IMG/VR virus record: IMGVR_UViG_3300030100_000622
Length of the DNA stretch: 64,000 nucleotides
Source: an uncultured virus (IMG/VR IMGVR_UViG_3300030100_000622)
Lineage: Duplodnaviria; Heunggongvirae; Uroviricota; Caudoviricetes
Strand: one strand, 5' to 3'
Part shown: positions 9,186-18,101 of the stretch, piece by piece
How the letters are laid out: each line of letters opens with the position of its first letter
How positions within the stretch are numbered: the stretch's first letter is position 1
Program-made: the position numbers and the translations under genes
Notes under the pieces: generated by a model
What the model saw: the letters and a program-made list of their open reading frames with translations, nothing else
Databases searched by the model: none
Told to the model about the DNA's origin: nothing

Positions 9186-9512
9186 ATGAAGTGTGAAATA
9201 TGTAATGGAAATTTATACTATTTAGTGTATGATAAACATGCAGACAATATGGCAAAGATGGATTGCTTAGATTGTCTAAGTGTTATTCAATACAATGATG
9301 ATGTAAAGGAAAGAATAACTAAACTGTTAATGAATGCAAGCCCACAGAAGTTAGCACAAATCGTTGCTACAATGCTTGTAAATGCAACAGGAGATGATGA
9401 AGTGGAAAATAAATTTGAGCCACTGATTGCAACAAAAGACAGAACCCGACTGTTAGTATTGGGAGAAATAATATCGGAGATGATGAAAAATGGAAATGAA
9501 AACAAATGTTGA
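9186..9512 (+). CDS. Zn-ribbon hypothetical protein
   Basis: CEICNG...CLDC; AGGTGA SD. Confidence 0.6.
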   Translation: MKCEICNGNLYYLVYDKHADNMAKMDCLDCLSVIQYNDDVKERITKLLMNASPQKLAQIVATMLVNATGDDEVENKFEPLIATKDRTRLLVLGEIISEMMKNGNENKC

Positions 9513-9756
9513 ATTTAGAGTAATAAATACAAGTGAAATGCCACCGATTGTAATTACACAAACGGAGGATGATGGCCCAAAGGTTGTCATTAATACATAT
9601 CATAGAATATGGATTAGTCTAAATAGAAAGATAATTGCAGGTATTCTTGAGAATATGCAAGAGAAGATGGATATGCTTCTAACAGGATATTTACAAGAAC
9701 AAAGACAATTTGAGAAAGATGATTTGGAGATGATGAATGATGGGATTAATGAGTGA
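9490..9756 (+). CDS. hypothetical protein
   Basis: 88-aa ORF in operon. Confidence 0.55.
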   Translation: MEMKTNVEFRVINTSEMPPIVITQTEDDGPKVVINTYHRIWISLNRKIIAGILENMQEKMDMLLTGYLQEQRQFEKDDLEMMNDGINE

Positions 9757-9904
9757 ATTACACATTATGTTGAGTAATGGTGATACAATTGAGCAAATTG
9801 CTGATTGGCTTATTCTATTAAATGTTAATAGAGGAACCCACATCACAAGACAGAAGGCGATGGACACCGCCAGCCGATTTTGGCATGACTTCAATGAGGT
9901 TGAA

Positions 9905-9921
9905 TGTCCTCCTTAATATAG
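9905..9921 (+). promoter_or_regulatory. conserved promoter TGTCCTCC-TTAATATAG
   Basis: identical to 3638-3654; directly upstream of Ubl gene. Confidence 0.65.
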
Positions 9922-9947
9922 GGTGAAAAATATAGGAAAATACGGAG

Positions 9948-10163
9948 ATGGAAACTATGATTAAAATTAGAATTCTAAACGAAACAGGCCACACAGAATT
10001 GATGCTTGAGTCCGACTCAATCATCGAACAGATTGACTCACACCCGACCCATTGGTGTTTCATTGATGGTGAAATGGTTGCGAGAGAAGAAATTGCCAAC
10101 ATTAATTGGGACACGGTACAGAATGTTGACCTAACCCCTGCTGTTGTTGGAGGTTCTTGTTAG
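9948..10163 (+). CDS. ubiquitin-like (ThiS/MoaD/SAMP-type beta-grasp) protein ending GG-SC
   Basis: MIKIRI first strand, FIDGE, C-terminal VDLTPAVVGG followed by SC-stop. Confidence 0.8.
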   Translation: METMIKIRILNETGHTELMLESDSIIEQIDSHPTHWCFIDGEMVAREEIANINWDTVQNVDLTPAVVGGSC

Positions 10164-10191
10164 ATAGGTTAAGCCTATTTTCACCCTCTTG

Positions 10192-10244
10192 GGGGGAGTG
10201 ATTTTGCCTTCGCTCATTGTGGCAAAATCGCTCTCCCCTTTTTT
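10192..10244 (+). terminator. terminator after Ubl gene
   Basis: ggggagtgattttgcc..ggcaaaatcgctctcccc + T-tract. Confidence 0.7.
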
Positions 10245-10636
10245 CAGTGATGATAACTGATTTAGTTAATTTTATTGCTGAAGATGGACTTAAAATATAT
10301 TTGAGCGAAATTAAGGGTTGGTCGCTCGTTACGCCCATATTAATAGATGGCGTAGCCGTTGTAAAGCCCGACTTTTATCCCAATAATTATGTAATTGCGA
10401 GAAGCAAAAAGGGATATATTTATGCGTGTGGTGATACTCGCATAAAATACCGTGATGAAGAGTATTCCTCAACACAGGATTTACTTGATAAACATGGTAC
10501 TAAAGCATTAGATGATTTTCAAGATTGGCTATTTCTTGAAGAGAAAGAATGGGTGGTGACAAAAACAGGATTGGATTGGTTACATTCCTTCACCACATTA
10601 GATAAATGGCCAAAAAGAACAAAACTAAGGTGTTAA
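10217..10636 (+). CDS. hypothetical protein (start uncertain)
   Basis: 139-aa ORF preceding RNR. Confidence 0.55.
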   Translation: MWQNRSPLFSVMITDLVNFIAEDGLKIYLSEIKGWSLVTPILIDGVAVVKPDFYPNNYVIARSKKGYIYACGDTRIKYRDEEYSSTQDLLDKHGTKALDDFQDWLFLEEKEWVVTKTGLDWLHSFTTLDKWPKRTKLRC

Positions 10637-12498
10637 AGATGATGAAGAATACACAGATATTATCAGATATTACAGTACATATGAAGTATGCAAAATACGA
10701 TTCTGAAAAGTTACGAAGAGAAACTTGGAGAGAGATATGTGATAGAAACATGAATATGCACATTAAGACATATCCTCAATTAGAACAAGACATTAGAAAT
10801 GTGTATGAGCATTTTGTTGTTCCTAAGAAAGTATTACCTTCAATGCGCTCTATGCAATTCGGTGGCAAACCAATTGAATTGAGTCCTAATCGTGTCTATA
10901 ATTGTGCATACATGCCAATAGATTCACACATAGCATTTAGCGAGGCTATGTTTCTTTTACTCGGTGGAACAGGAGTAGGTTATTCTGTTCAAAGACACCA
11001 TGTTGAATTAGTTAATGAAATTCAAAAACCTAATCCCAACAGACAACGAAGATATTTAGTTGCAGATTCAATTGAAGGTTGGGCTGATTCTATTAAAATA
11101 CTAATGGAATGTTATATGGGAATTAGAACATCAACTCCTGTATTTGATTTTTCAGATATTAGAGAGAAAGGCGCAATTCTAATTACTTCTGGCGGAAAAG
11201 CCCCCGGCCCTCAACCACTAAGAGAATGTTTAGTAAAGATTCAAGGAATACTTGATTCTCTTTCTAATGGTTCTAAATTAACTCCTATTCAAGCACATGA
11301 TATTATGTGCCATATTGCTGATGCAGTATTAAGTGGCGGTATCAGACGAGCCGCTATGATTAGTTTGTTTTCAGCAGATGATAATGAAATGATTTCATGT
11401 AAATCCGGTAGTTGGTGGGAAAATAACCCACAAAGAGGTCGTGCAAATAATTCAGCAGTATTACTAAGACACAGAATTACTAAAGATTTCTTTTTGGATT
11501 TGTGGAAAAGAATTGAATTAAGTGGTAGCGGAGAACCCGGAATTTATTTCAGTAATGATAAAGATTGGGGAACAAACCCATGTTGTGAAATAGCATTAAG
11601 ACCATATCAGTTTTGTAATTTAACTGAAGTAAATGCTTCTGATGTAAAAGACCAAGCAGACTTAGAAATGAGAGTTAGTGCGGCTTCGTTCTTAGGAACA
11701 CTACAAGCAGGTTACACTGATTTTCATTATCTTAGAGAGATATGGAGAAAGAACACTGAAAAAGATGCACTATTAGGTGTATCTATGACAGGTATTGCTT
11801 CAAATGTTGTTGAGCATTTAGACTTAGAAATGGCGGCTCTTGAAGTAAAGAAGGAGAATGAAAAGGTTGCTAAGTTAATTGGGATTAAACCTGCGGCGAG
11901 AACAACCTGTGTAAAACCAGCAGGAACCACTTCTCTTGTATTAGGTACTTCAAGTGGTATTCACGCATGGCATGATGAATTCTATCTAAGAAGAATTAGA
12001 GTTGGAAAGAATGAACCTATTTACTCATATCTTTATGATAATCATGCGGAATTAATTGAGGATGAATACTTCTCTCCACATGATACGGCAGTTATTTCTG
12101 TTCCTCAACAAGCACCAAGTAATGCTATTACTCGCCATGAGTCAGTATTTGATTTATTAGAGCGTGTAAAGAATTTCAGTATTCGTTGGGTTCGTGCAGG
12201 ACACAAAGACGGATTAAATACTCATAATGTTTCAGCGACTATTTCTGTGAAAGAAGATGAATGGGTTGAAGTTGGAGATTGGCTATGGATGAATAGACAT
12301 TATTACAATGGTCTATCTGTATTACCGTATGATGGTGGAACATATGTTCAAGCACCATTTGAAACCTGTGATAAGGAAACTTATTACGGTCTATCTAAGT
12401 CATTAACTGATGTTGATTTGACAAGAGTTGTTGAAACTCAAGACAACACCGATTTGAAAGGCGAAGTAGCCTGTGCCGGTGGACTATGTGAAATTTAG
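10606..12498 (+). CDS. nrdJ: class II (adenosylcobalamin-dependent) ribonucleotide reductase; start likely ~10639
   Basis: VYNCAY, GGIRRAAMI, TNPCCEI, CVKPAGT, C-terminal CAGGLCEI; no beta subunit in window. Confidence 0.93.
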   Translation: MAKKNKTKVLKMMKNTQILSDITVHMKYAKYDSEKLRRETWREICDRNMNMHIKTYPQLEQDIRNVYEHFVVPKKVLPSMRSMQFGGKPIELSPNRVYNCAYMPIDSHIAFSEAMFLLLGGTGVGYSVQRHHVELVNEIQKPNPNRQRRYLVADSIEGWADSIKILMECYMGIRTSTPVFDFSDIREKGAILITSGGKAPGPQPLRECLVKIQGILDSLSNGSKLTPIQAHDIMCHIADAVLSGGIRRAAMISLFSADDNEMISCKSGSWWENNPQRGRANNSAVLLRHRITKDFFLDLWKRIELSGSGEPGIYFSNDKDWGTNPCCEIALRPYQFCNLTEVNASDVKDQADLEMRVSAASFLGTLQAGYTDFHYLREIWRKNTEKDALLGVSMTGIASNVVEHLDLEMAALEVKKENEKVAKLIGIKPAARTTCVKPAGTTSLVLGTSSGIHAWHDEFYLRRIRVGKNEPIYSYLYDNHAELIEDEYFSPHDTAVISVPQQAPSNAITRHESVFDLLERVKNFSIRWVRAGHKDGLNTHNVSATISVKEDEWVEVGDWLWMNRHYYNGLSVLPYDGGTYVQAPFETCDKETYYGLSKSLTDVDLTRVVETQDNTDLKGEVACAGGLCEI

Positions 12499-12507
12499 GT
12501 GAAATAA

Positions 12508-12864
12508 ATGAAACTCTTCAAGGATTATGAAGAGTGTGTGAGAGTAATAATAATCATGTGTCAAGGACTCAAAGAAGAGTCTTTGATTAGAATAAAAAAT
12601 GCAATAAATGTTTGCGAATCTTATAATAAAGACGCAGATAAAATATTTAGATTAACATACTCGTTTAAGGAATGTTTGTGGGACATACAAGAGGCCGTAT
12701 TACAAGGATTTGATAATTATTTGATTAATCAATCTAATAAAATAAAAGAGGCTTTAGCATACCATGATGTTAATTGGGAAGATTGCTGGACTCACGATTT
12801 AGAAGAATGCGGAGTATGCGAAACCATTCATAAACAAATGAATAGAATATGTGGTGAATATTAA
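12508..12864 (+). CDS. hypothetical protein
   Basis: AGGTGA SD; C-terminal Cys/His cluster. Confidence 0.6.
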   Translation: MKLFKDYEECVRVIIIMCQGLKEESLIRIKNAINVCESYNKDADKIFRLTYSFKECLWDIQEAVLQGFDNYLINQSNKIKEALAYHDVNWEDCWTHDLEECGVCETIHKQMNRICGEY

Positions 12865-13021
12865 TGAAAGACAAAGACCCTAAATATATTAAGAATAAAC
12901 GAAAGAATAAGAACACCGCAACCCGATGTAGGGTATGTGGAGGGCAGTTATTGACTGCTGAAGAAATCAATAAAGAAATGCACGAAAAGTGCGATATAGA
13001 CAATACTAATATGTATATGAT

Positions 13022-14260
13022 GTGATGATAATGACAGAAATAATTTTACAAATACAAAAACCAAATGATGCAGGTCAATATTCCCGAACCAATATCAAAA
13101 GTGAAACTAAACGATTCAGTAACAATCATTGTTACTTCATTAGAAGCAAAAAAGACCCTGTTCATGCAGGTCTTGTTAATTGGTGGAAAAAGGAATTAGC
13201 AGTTAGAAAGCACCGAGGCTATTACAATCACTATGGAGAAAGTAGTGAATATGAACATACAATCTATATTCAAAAATTACCTATCATTATTTCTAAAGAA
13301 GGTATTAGATATTACATCAATGGAAAGGCTGAGAGCCTAAATACCATCTGTAATGCCTTAGCAAGAGTTACATTCAAATCTTGTTTTGAAACAGAAGCCC
13401 CTGTGCTAATGAAAACTTTGATGAGTAGTCTTTCTCTATCTGAAAATATCAAGTATTGTTTAGAGAATCGTGCGCCTTATCATTTCTTTGATAATTTTGA
13501 AAAGATTGAGTGTCGTCTAAACATTCAGCAAATTAGTGCTAAGGAATGTGCAGTTGAAGTAAGTGACGGTACATGGGGAGTTATTAAAAATAAGGAGTTA
13601 GAGTCCTATTGTTCCTTTTATGTCCAAGGACATAAGAAAGGCAGATGGAAGTATGTTTCTCCTGCTAATCTTTTTGAGAGAACAGTTGGCAGAAAGCCTT
13701 CAGATTCAGAATTAACTTTAATGATTGAGTTTTTGAAACAAAACCGAACTTCAGACCTTGTTGAAAAGAGAGCAATTCAATTAGTAAATGATTTGCTATT
13801 ACAACATGGCTCTCGATTAAAAGCCGTTTATGAGAATGGAGATTTGCAGAAAATTTATGTTCATGGAAAGGAATATGATTGGATGCTAACGAATGATAAA
13901 TTCAAATCTCAAATTCAAATGGTAAAGACTTATGTTTGGCAACCTCAATATAGAGATGGTGAATTCCGTGAGATGATGGTTAAATATCGAGAGGCATTAG
14001 CAGAATATGAGGCAGGATTAGGCATAAAATACAGTGAGTCAGAATTGACTCCACCAAAGATGCCTAAAAACCCTTGGCAGTGGAGAGGGCCGATTTGTAT
14101 AGACAATATGACTTCAGATTCGCCATTAGGCGACCAATTTGCGGCAAGAGCATTAGCCTTGCTTAATGACACTTTTACAATAAAAATAGTATCAACAATA
14201 AGAAGATACCTAATTAAAAAACCAAATGACAATGAAAGAGTTGATTTTAATGAAATGTAA
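13022..14260 (+). CDS. hypothetical protein with C-terminal E2(UBC)-like GPICID motif
   Basis: 412 aa; WRGPICIDNM resembles the UBC active-site GxICLDIL; function inferred only. Confidence 0.55.
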   Translation: MMIMTEIILQIQKPNDAGQYSRTNIKSETKRFSNNHCYFIRSKKDPVHAGLVNWWKKELAVRKHRGYYNHYGESSEYEHTIYIQKLPIIISKEGIRYYINGKAESLNTICNALARVTFKSCFETEAPVLMKTLMSSLSLSENIKYCLENRAPYHFFDNFEKIECRLNIQQISAKECAVEVSDGTWGVIKNKELESYCSFYVQGHKKGRWKYVSPANLFERTVGRKPSDSELTLMIEFLKQNRTSDLVEKRAIQLVNDLLLQHGSRLKAVYENGDLQKIYVHGKEYDWMLTNDKFKSQIQMVKTYVWQPQYRDGEFREMMVKYREALAEYEAGLGIKYSESELTPPKMPKNPWQWRGPICIDNMTSDSPLGDQFAARALALLNDTFTIKIVSTIRRYLIKKPNDNERVDFNEM

Positions 14261-15104
14261 TGAATGCGGCGCAACAGAAAATTATTTTGATGAAAGAATG
14301 GGAGAAAGAGTCTGTAGTGATTGTGGACTTGTATTAGTACAGGAAATCTTTGAGCAGAATGTTCATATTCTGAATAAAACAGGAGATGTTGTCCATTCGG
14401 CAGATAATGGTAAATTAGGCTCAATAGTTAGCGGCAGAGGTTCCTCCAAATTCAATAAGTTTGGCAAGAATAGTGTCACTCCTAAGAATGTGCAAAATGG
14501 ACTAATGCACTGTAATATGACATTAGCCGCTATTGCACCCCAAATGAATTTGGGTGAAAGAGTCGAAAAGATATATCTTGAATTATATACAGCAAAGAAA
14601 ATGGCCAACTATTCTTATGAAGAACGAGGGGCCGCTATCGTACATTATGCTTTGAAAGAAAATGGTACGCCATATACTTTCAAGGAGATATGTTCTGAGT
14701 TTGATTGTAATAAAACAAGAGTAATGAGATTAACAAGAAAGATTAACCAGCATTATGGTAATAGAATCCTAAAGCAAACTAATCCTTCTTTTAGTCTTCA
14801 AAGAGTATTGAATCTAATTACTAATGATAATGTGTTTCATCTTCAGGCAAAGCAGGTCTTAGAAAGAATAGAACCTGTTTTGAATAGAGCAGAACATAAT
14901 AGAGCGCAGAGTTATTTTGCAGCAGTTTGCTGGATAACTGCAAATGTCTTTGTTAGAAGCGATATAACTTCGGTTCTGATTTCTGAAATGACAGGATTCA
15001 GAAGATGGAATATCCATAAAGAAACTAAGAAGATTATATCCCTTCTTGGTTTTAATGCAGTAAAGGAAATGAGAGGAAAGGATATTAACTTTATAGGTGA
15101 ATAA
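14226..15104 (+). CDS. transcription initiation factor TFB/TFIIB-like (start likely 14250)
   Basis: Zn ribbon CNECG..DERMGERVCSDCGLV plus two cyclin-like repeats. Confidence 0.85.
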   Translation: MTMKELILMKCNECGATENYFDERMGERVCSDCGLVLVQEIFEQNVHILNKTGDVVHSADNGKLGSIVSGRGSSKFNKFGKNSVTPKNVQNGLMHCNMTLAAIAPQMNLGERVEKIYLELYTAKKMANYSYEERGAAIVHYALKENGTPYTFKEICSEFDCNKTRVMRLTRKINQHYGNRILKQTNPSFSLQRVLNLITNDNVFHLQAKQVLERIEPVLNRAEHNRAQSYFAAVCWITANVFVRSDITSVLISEMTGFRRWNIHKETKKIISLLGFNAVKEMRGKDINFIGE

Positions 15105-15106
15105 AA

Positions 15107-15334
15107 ATGAATTTAGATAATATGGAAAGTAAAAGAGCAAGATGTACTACTTGTAGCAATACAAGCGTAACTGATTGTGATAAAACAGGACTACCGGCTT
15201 GCCGTGATTGTGTAGTATTAATTCCTGTTAGTAACGGTGAACTTGATGTTGTGCTTTACAAACACGCACATATCAAGTATAGAAAAAAATACGATGCGAT
15301 TAAAGAAAAGCACTACGGAAAGAAGGAGGAATAA
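15107..15334 (+). CDS. small Zn-finger (B-box-like) protein
   Basis: CTTC-x7-C..T-x4-CRDC..H.H. Confidence 0.55.
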   Translation: MNLDNMESKRARCTTCSNTSVTDCDKTGLPACRDCVVLIPVSNGELDVVLYKHAHIKYRKKYDAIKEKHYGKKEE

Positions 15335-15336
15335 AA

Positions 15337-15894
15337 ATGAAAAGAAAAATATTAGTTATAGGAACAGGCGGAATTGGGTCATTCTTGATTCAGTTTTTAG
15401 ATAAAGTGGATTTGTATGCTATTACAGTAGCAGACCCCGATATTGTTGAAGCGAAGAATATACCATATCAAAACTTCACAAAGTCAGAAATATCTAAAAG
15501 AAAGGTGGATGCTATCGCAAGATATGATAGCGTATTAAACACGCACCGATTTCCTATTCTTAGTGAACAACAAATGAAAGGATATGATTTAGTTATCTGT
15601 TGTGTGGATAATTTAGGCATCAGAAAGACCTTGTATAACACAAGTCTTAAATGGCTCGATTTGAGAGCGCAAGGCAGAAATGCCGCACTTGTGTCACATA
15701 AAGCAGACCCTAAGATGTATGATACCTTATTGGCTGGCCCATCCGGTTCATTCTCTTGTCAAGGAGATTCTTGGGATGGCTCAAATAAAGGAGTACAATT
15801 TATGCAAATTGCTATTGCAGGAATTGGCGCACAATGGGTACAAAGATGGTTTAATGGCGAAGATGTGAAAGAATACATGGTGATGAACGCATGA
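15337..15894 (+). CDS. ThiF/MoeB/E1-family Ubl-activating enzyme
   Basis: GTGGIG, DPDIVE.KN..Q, KVD, DLVICCVDN..R; candidate catalytic Cys in SFSCQ. Confidence 0.9.
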   Translation: MKRKILVIGTGGIGSFLIQFLDKVDLYAITVADPDIVEAKNIPYQNFTKSEISKRKVDAIARYDSVLNTHRFPILSEQQMKGYDLVICCVDNLGIRKTLYNTSLKWLDLRAQGRNAALVSHKADPKMYDTLLAGPSGSFSCQGDSWDGSNKGVQFMQIAIAGIGAQWVQRWFNGEDVKEYMVMNA

Positions 15895-16036
15895 TTAGAG
15901 AATTGAATGATATAAAGGCTAAAGCATGGGATAAACTGTTAGATTACTTCTCACAAAATACAGGTACAGAAAACGATACCCAAGAGGATTGGGAAATGCG
16001 TGAATTAATGCACAGAATATTAATGGAGGTAAAAGA

Positions 16037-16249
16037 ATGAAGTTTAGTTTAGACAATGTAGGAGAAATTCTCGAATATGAGGATAAGAACGGTTGTATTT
16101 GGAATGAGAAAATAGTAGCCGTTTGGTGTTCGATATGTTCAGCAGAATATATTGGCCCAATGAATGAGGCTGGCGGGTTTCTGGCCAGACATGAGTATTT
16201 CCATAATTGGGAATTCAAACAAGAAACAAATGAAGAGATGGTGGCGTAA
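16037..16249 (+). CDS. small C2H2-like Zn-finger protein
   Basis: CSIC...FLARHEYFH; GGAGGT SD. Confidence 0.55.
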   Translation: MKFSLDNVGEILEYEDKNGCIWNEKIVAVWCSICSAEYIGPMNEAGGFLARHEYFHNWEFKQETNEEMVA

Positions 16250-16921
16250 ATGGGTTACAAGACATGCAGATGGAGTAAAGAAGAAGAAACACAATTGTTG
16301 GAATATGTAAATGATGAAGTATCTTGGGAGGACATTTCAAGAGAATTACAGAGAAGTATTCCAGCATGTAAAAACAGAGTTAAGAAATTGGATAAGCAAT
16401 TGATTGAGGAAATCGCTGAAATTGGTAATAGTGTGGAGGTTCAAGAAGAAACTGCTCATTATCTTGGTATTGAAGAAGATTTTCCAACAGGTAGTTTTTC
16501 ATCCTATGAGCAATTTGCAAAAGAAATAGGTGAATACATGGCAAATAACGAATCAGTATTTGTAACACCATTATCTAATTCAGATGATTTTTGGGATTCT
16601 GAAAAGGATTTGGATTTGTTAATCCATTTCTATGAATTAAGCATAGATGAAGCAAAAGCACGATATGGTCGAAGTTACGGGCAAATCGCAAGTCGTTTAG
16701 AATACCTTGTTGATAGCACAGAACCCGAACATATTATGCAGGTTATGAAGGCCACAGACACGATTAGAGTCAAGAAGTTACACTTGGCCGCATTGACTGA
16801 AGAATCGTGGAGAGTCAAGCGTAAAGTGAGTAAAATACGCAAACTACAAGCAAAGATTGAGAAACTAACTCAATCCGTACTCAAAAATTTAAGAGGTGAC
16901 AATAATGAGCAAGAGCAGTGA
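16250..16921 (+). CDS. Myb/SANT-like HTH protein
   Basis: WSKEEETQL..W..IS..L.RS...CKNR plus second degenerate repeat. Confidence 0.7.
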   Translation: MGYKTCRWSKEEETQLLEYVNDEVSWEDISRELQRSIPACKNRVKKLDKQLIEEIAEIGNSVEVQEETAHYLGIEEDFPTGSFSSYEQFAKEIGEYMANNESVFVTPLSNSDDFWDSEKDLDLLIHFYELSIDEAKARYGRSYGQIASRLEYLVDSTEPEHIMQVMKATDTIRVKKLHLAALTEESWRVKRKVSKIRKLQAKIEKLTQSVLKNLRGDNNEQEQ

Positions 16922-17417
16922 TTGGGCTATGAGAGAAGAAGAAAAAAGAAATGGTGATGATGGTTATTCAGATTTAGAAATAGCAAGAGCAGAAGCAGAG
17001 TATTACATTAGAGATGGTTATGAGAATAAGACATGGCATAATGATGAATTAATGGAGGGTATTTGGCATGCCTCCACAGAAATACTACCTAAATTAGAAG
17101 TGCAAGTAGTTATTGATTCAGAAGATAAGATATTCATTTCATCCGGTACTTCTGGTTATGTTGATTTCAAAATAGACCCTGTTGGTATGAAATTACCTAT
17201 TAAGACATGGATTCATACTCATCCATTCGGTAGTGCATATTTTAGTGGAACAGATATTAGAACAGTTAGTATTTGGGAACCATTAATGAAAACTGCATTT
17301 GTATTAGGCGGAATAGGTCATTATGGTTATTGGGACAATAAAAATCCAAAACAATTACAGATATTCCGTGACTTTGAACCGGAAAGAGTACAAGAGTGGG
17401 GAGATGAAGAAGAATGA
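16896..17417 (+). CDS. JAB/MPN+ (JAMM) metalloprotease
   Basis: E...HTHPFGSAYFSGTD (E-HxH-x7-S-x2-D). Confidence 0.88.
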   Translation: MTIMSKSSDWAMREEEKRNGDDGYSDLEIARAEAEYYIRDGYENKTWHNDELMEGIWHASTEILPKLEVQVVIDSEDKIFISSGTSGYVDFKIDPVGMKLPIKTWIHTHPFGSAYFSGTDIRTVSIWEPLMKTAFVLGGIGHYGYWDNKNPKQLQIFRDFEPERVQEWGDEEE

Positions 17418-17601
17418 GATTCAGAACATTAAAGAAAGGACAATCAACTGCAAGAAAATATCCCGAAAGAGCAAGTTATAATGCAACTATGACTGTTCTT
17501 GAAAGAAAGAAACAACATGCACTTAATCACCCTAATGACAAAAACATTCCAAACCCAAACAAATGGGTTTTTAGTGGTAAAAAGAAGAAGGGTGGTAGGA
17601 A

Positions 17602-17871
17602 ATGATTCAATGGTTACTTAGAAAAACAATCAACGGCATGGGCCGAGTTTATGTTATTCTCGATTCATTTCTAAAGAATGAAGGTGGCCCTATTCTTGGA
17701 ATAGAAATTGATGAGGATTTTGAAAAGATGTCAAGAAAACAATTATGTCAATATATTGAACATAAGTTTGGTTGGGAGAATGGAGAGTTTTGGAGCCTTC
17801 ATTCAACGGATAAGATTAGAGTATGTTGCCAAATAGCGAGAAAGAATAAATTTAAGGGAGTGAAAAAATGA
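17602..17871 (+). CDS. hypothetical protein
   Basis: ATGA-coupled ORF. Confidence 0.55.
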   Translation: MIQWLLRKTINGMGRVYVILDSFLKNEGGPILGIEIDEDFEKMSRKQLCQYIEHKFGWENGEFWSLHSTDKIRVCCQIARKNKFKGVKK

Positions 17872-18101
17872 TAGCAGTAGGAGAATATGTAATTATTAAA
17901 ACAGAAGAAAACACCACTGAAAGTGGAATTAAGATTAAACATAACAACATAGGATTAGTTGTATCTTGTGCAAAAGACAAGACTTTGGTTGGTTGTCGAG
18001 TAGTATATGATGATAGCCATATTTACAAAAGTCAAGGACAACATATGTTTGTGCCTTATGATAATGTATTCGCAATTGTGACTGAAGGTGATTCAGAATG
18101 A
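17868..18101 (+). CDS. groES: GroES-like co-chaperonin
   Basis: VGEYVIIK..TTESGI..G.VV..VG..V.Y..DNVFAIV; directly upstream of GroEL. Confidence 0.75.
   Translation: MIAVGEYVIIKTEENTTESGIKIKHNNIGLVVSCAKDKTLVGCRVVYDDSHIYKSQGQHMFVPYDNVFAIVTEGDSE

Noticed and set aside
15337..15894. ThiF as a thiamine/molybdopterin biosynthesis gene
   Set aside because: No thiG, moaE or sulfur-relay genes in the window; JAB and the masked GG favour conjugation, though host partners cannot be excluded
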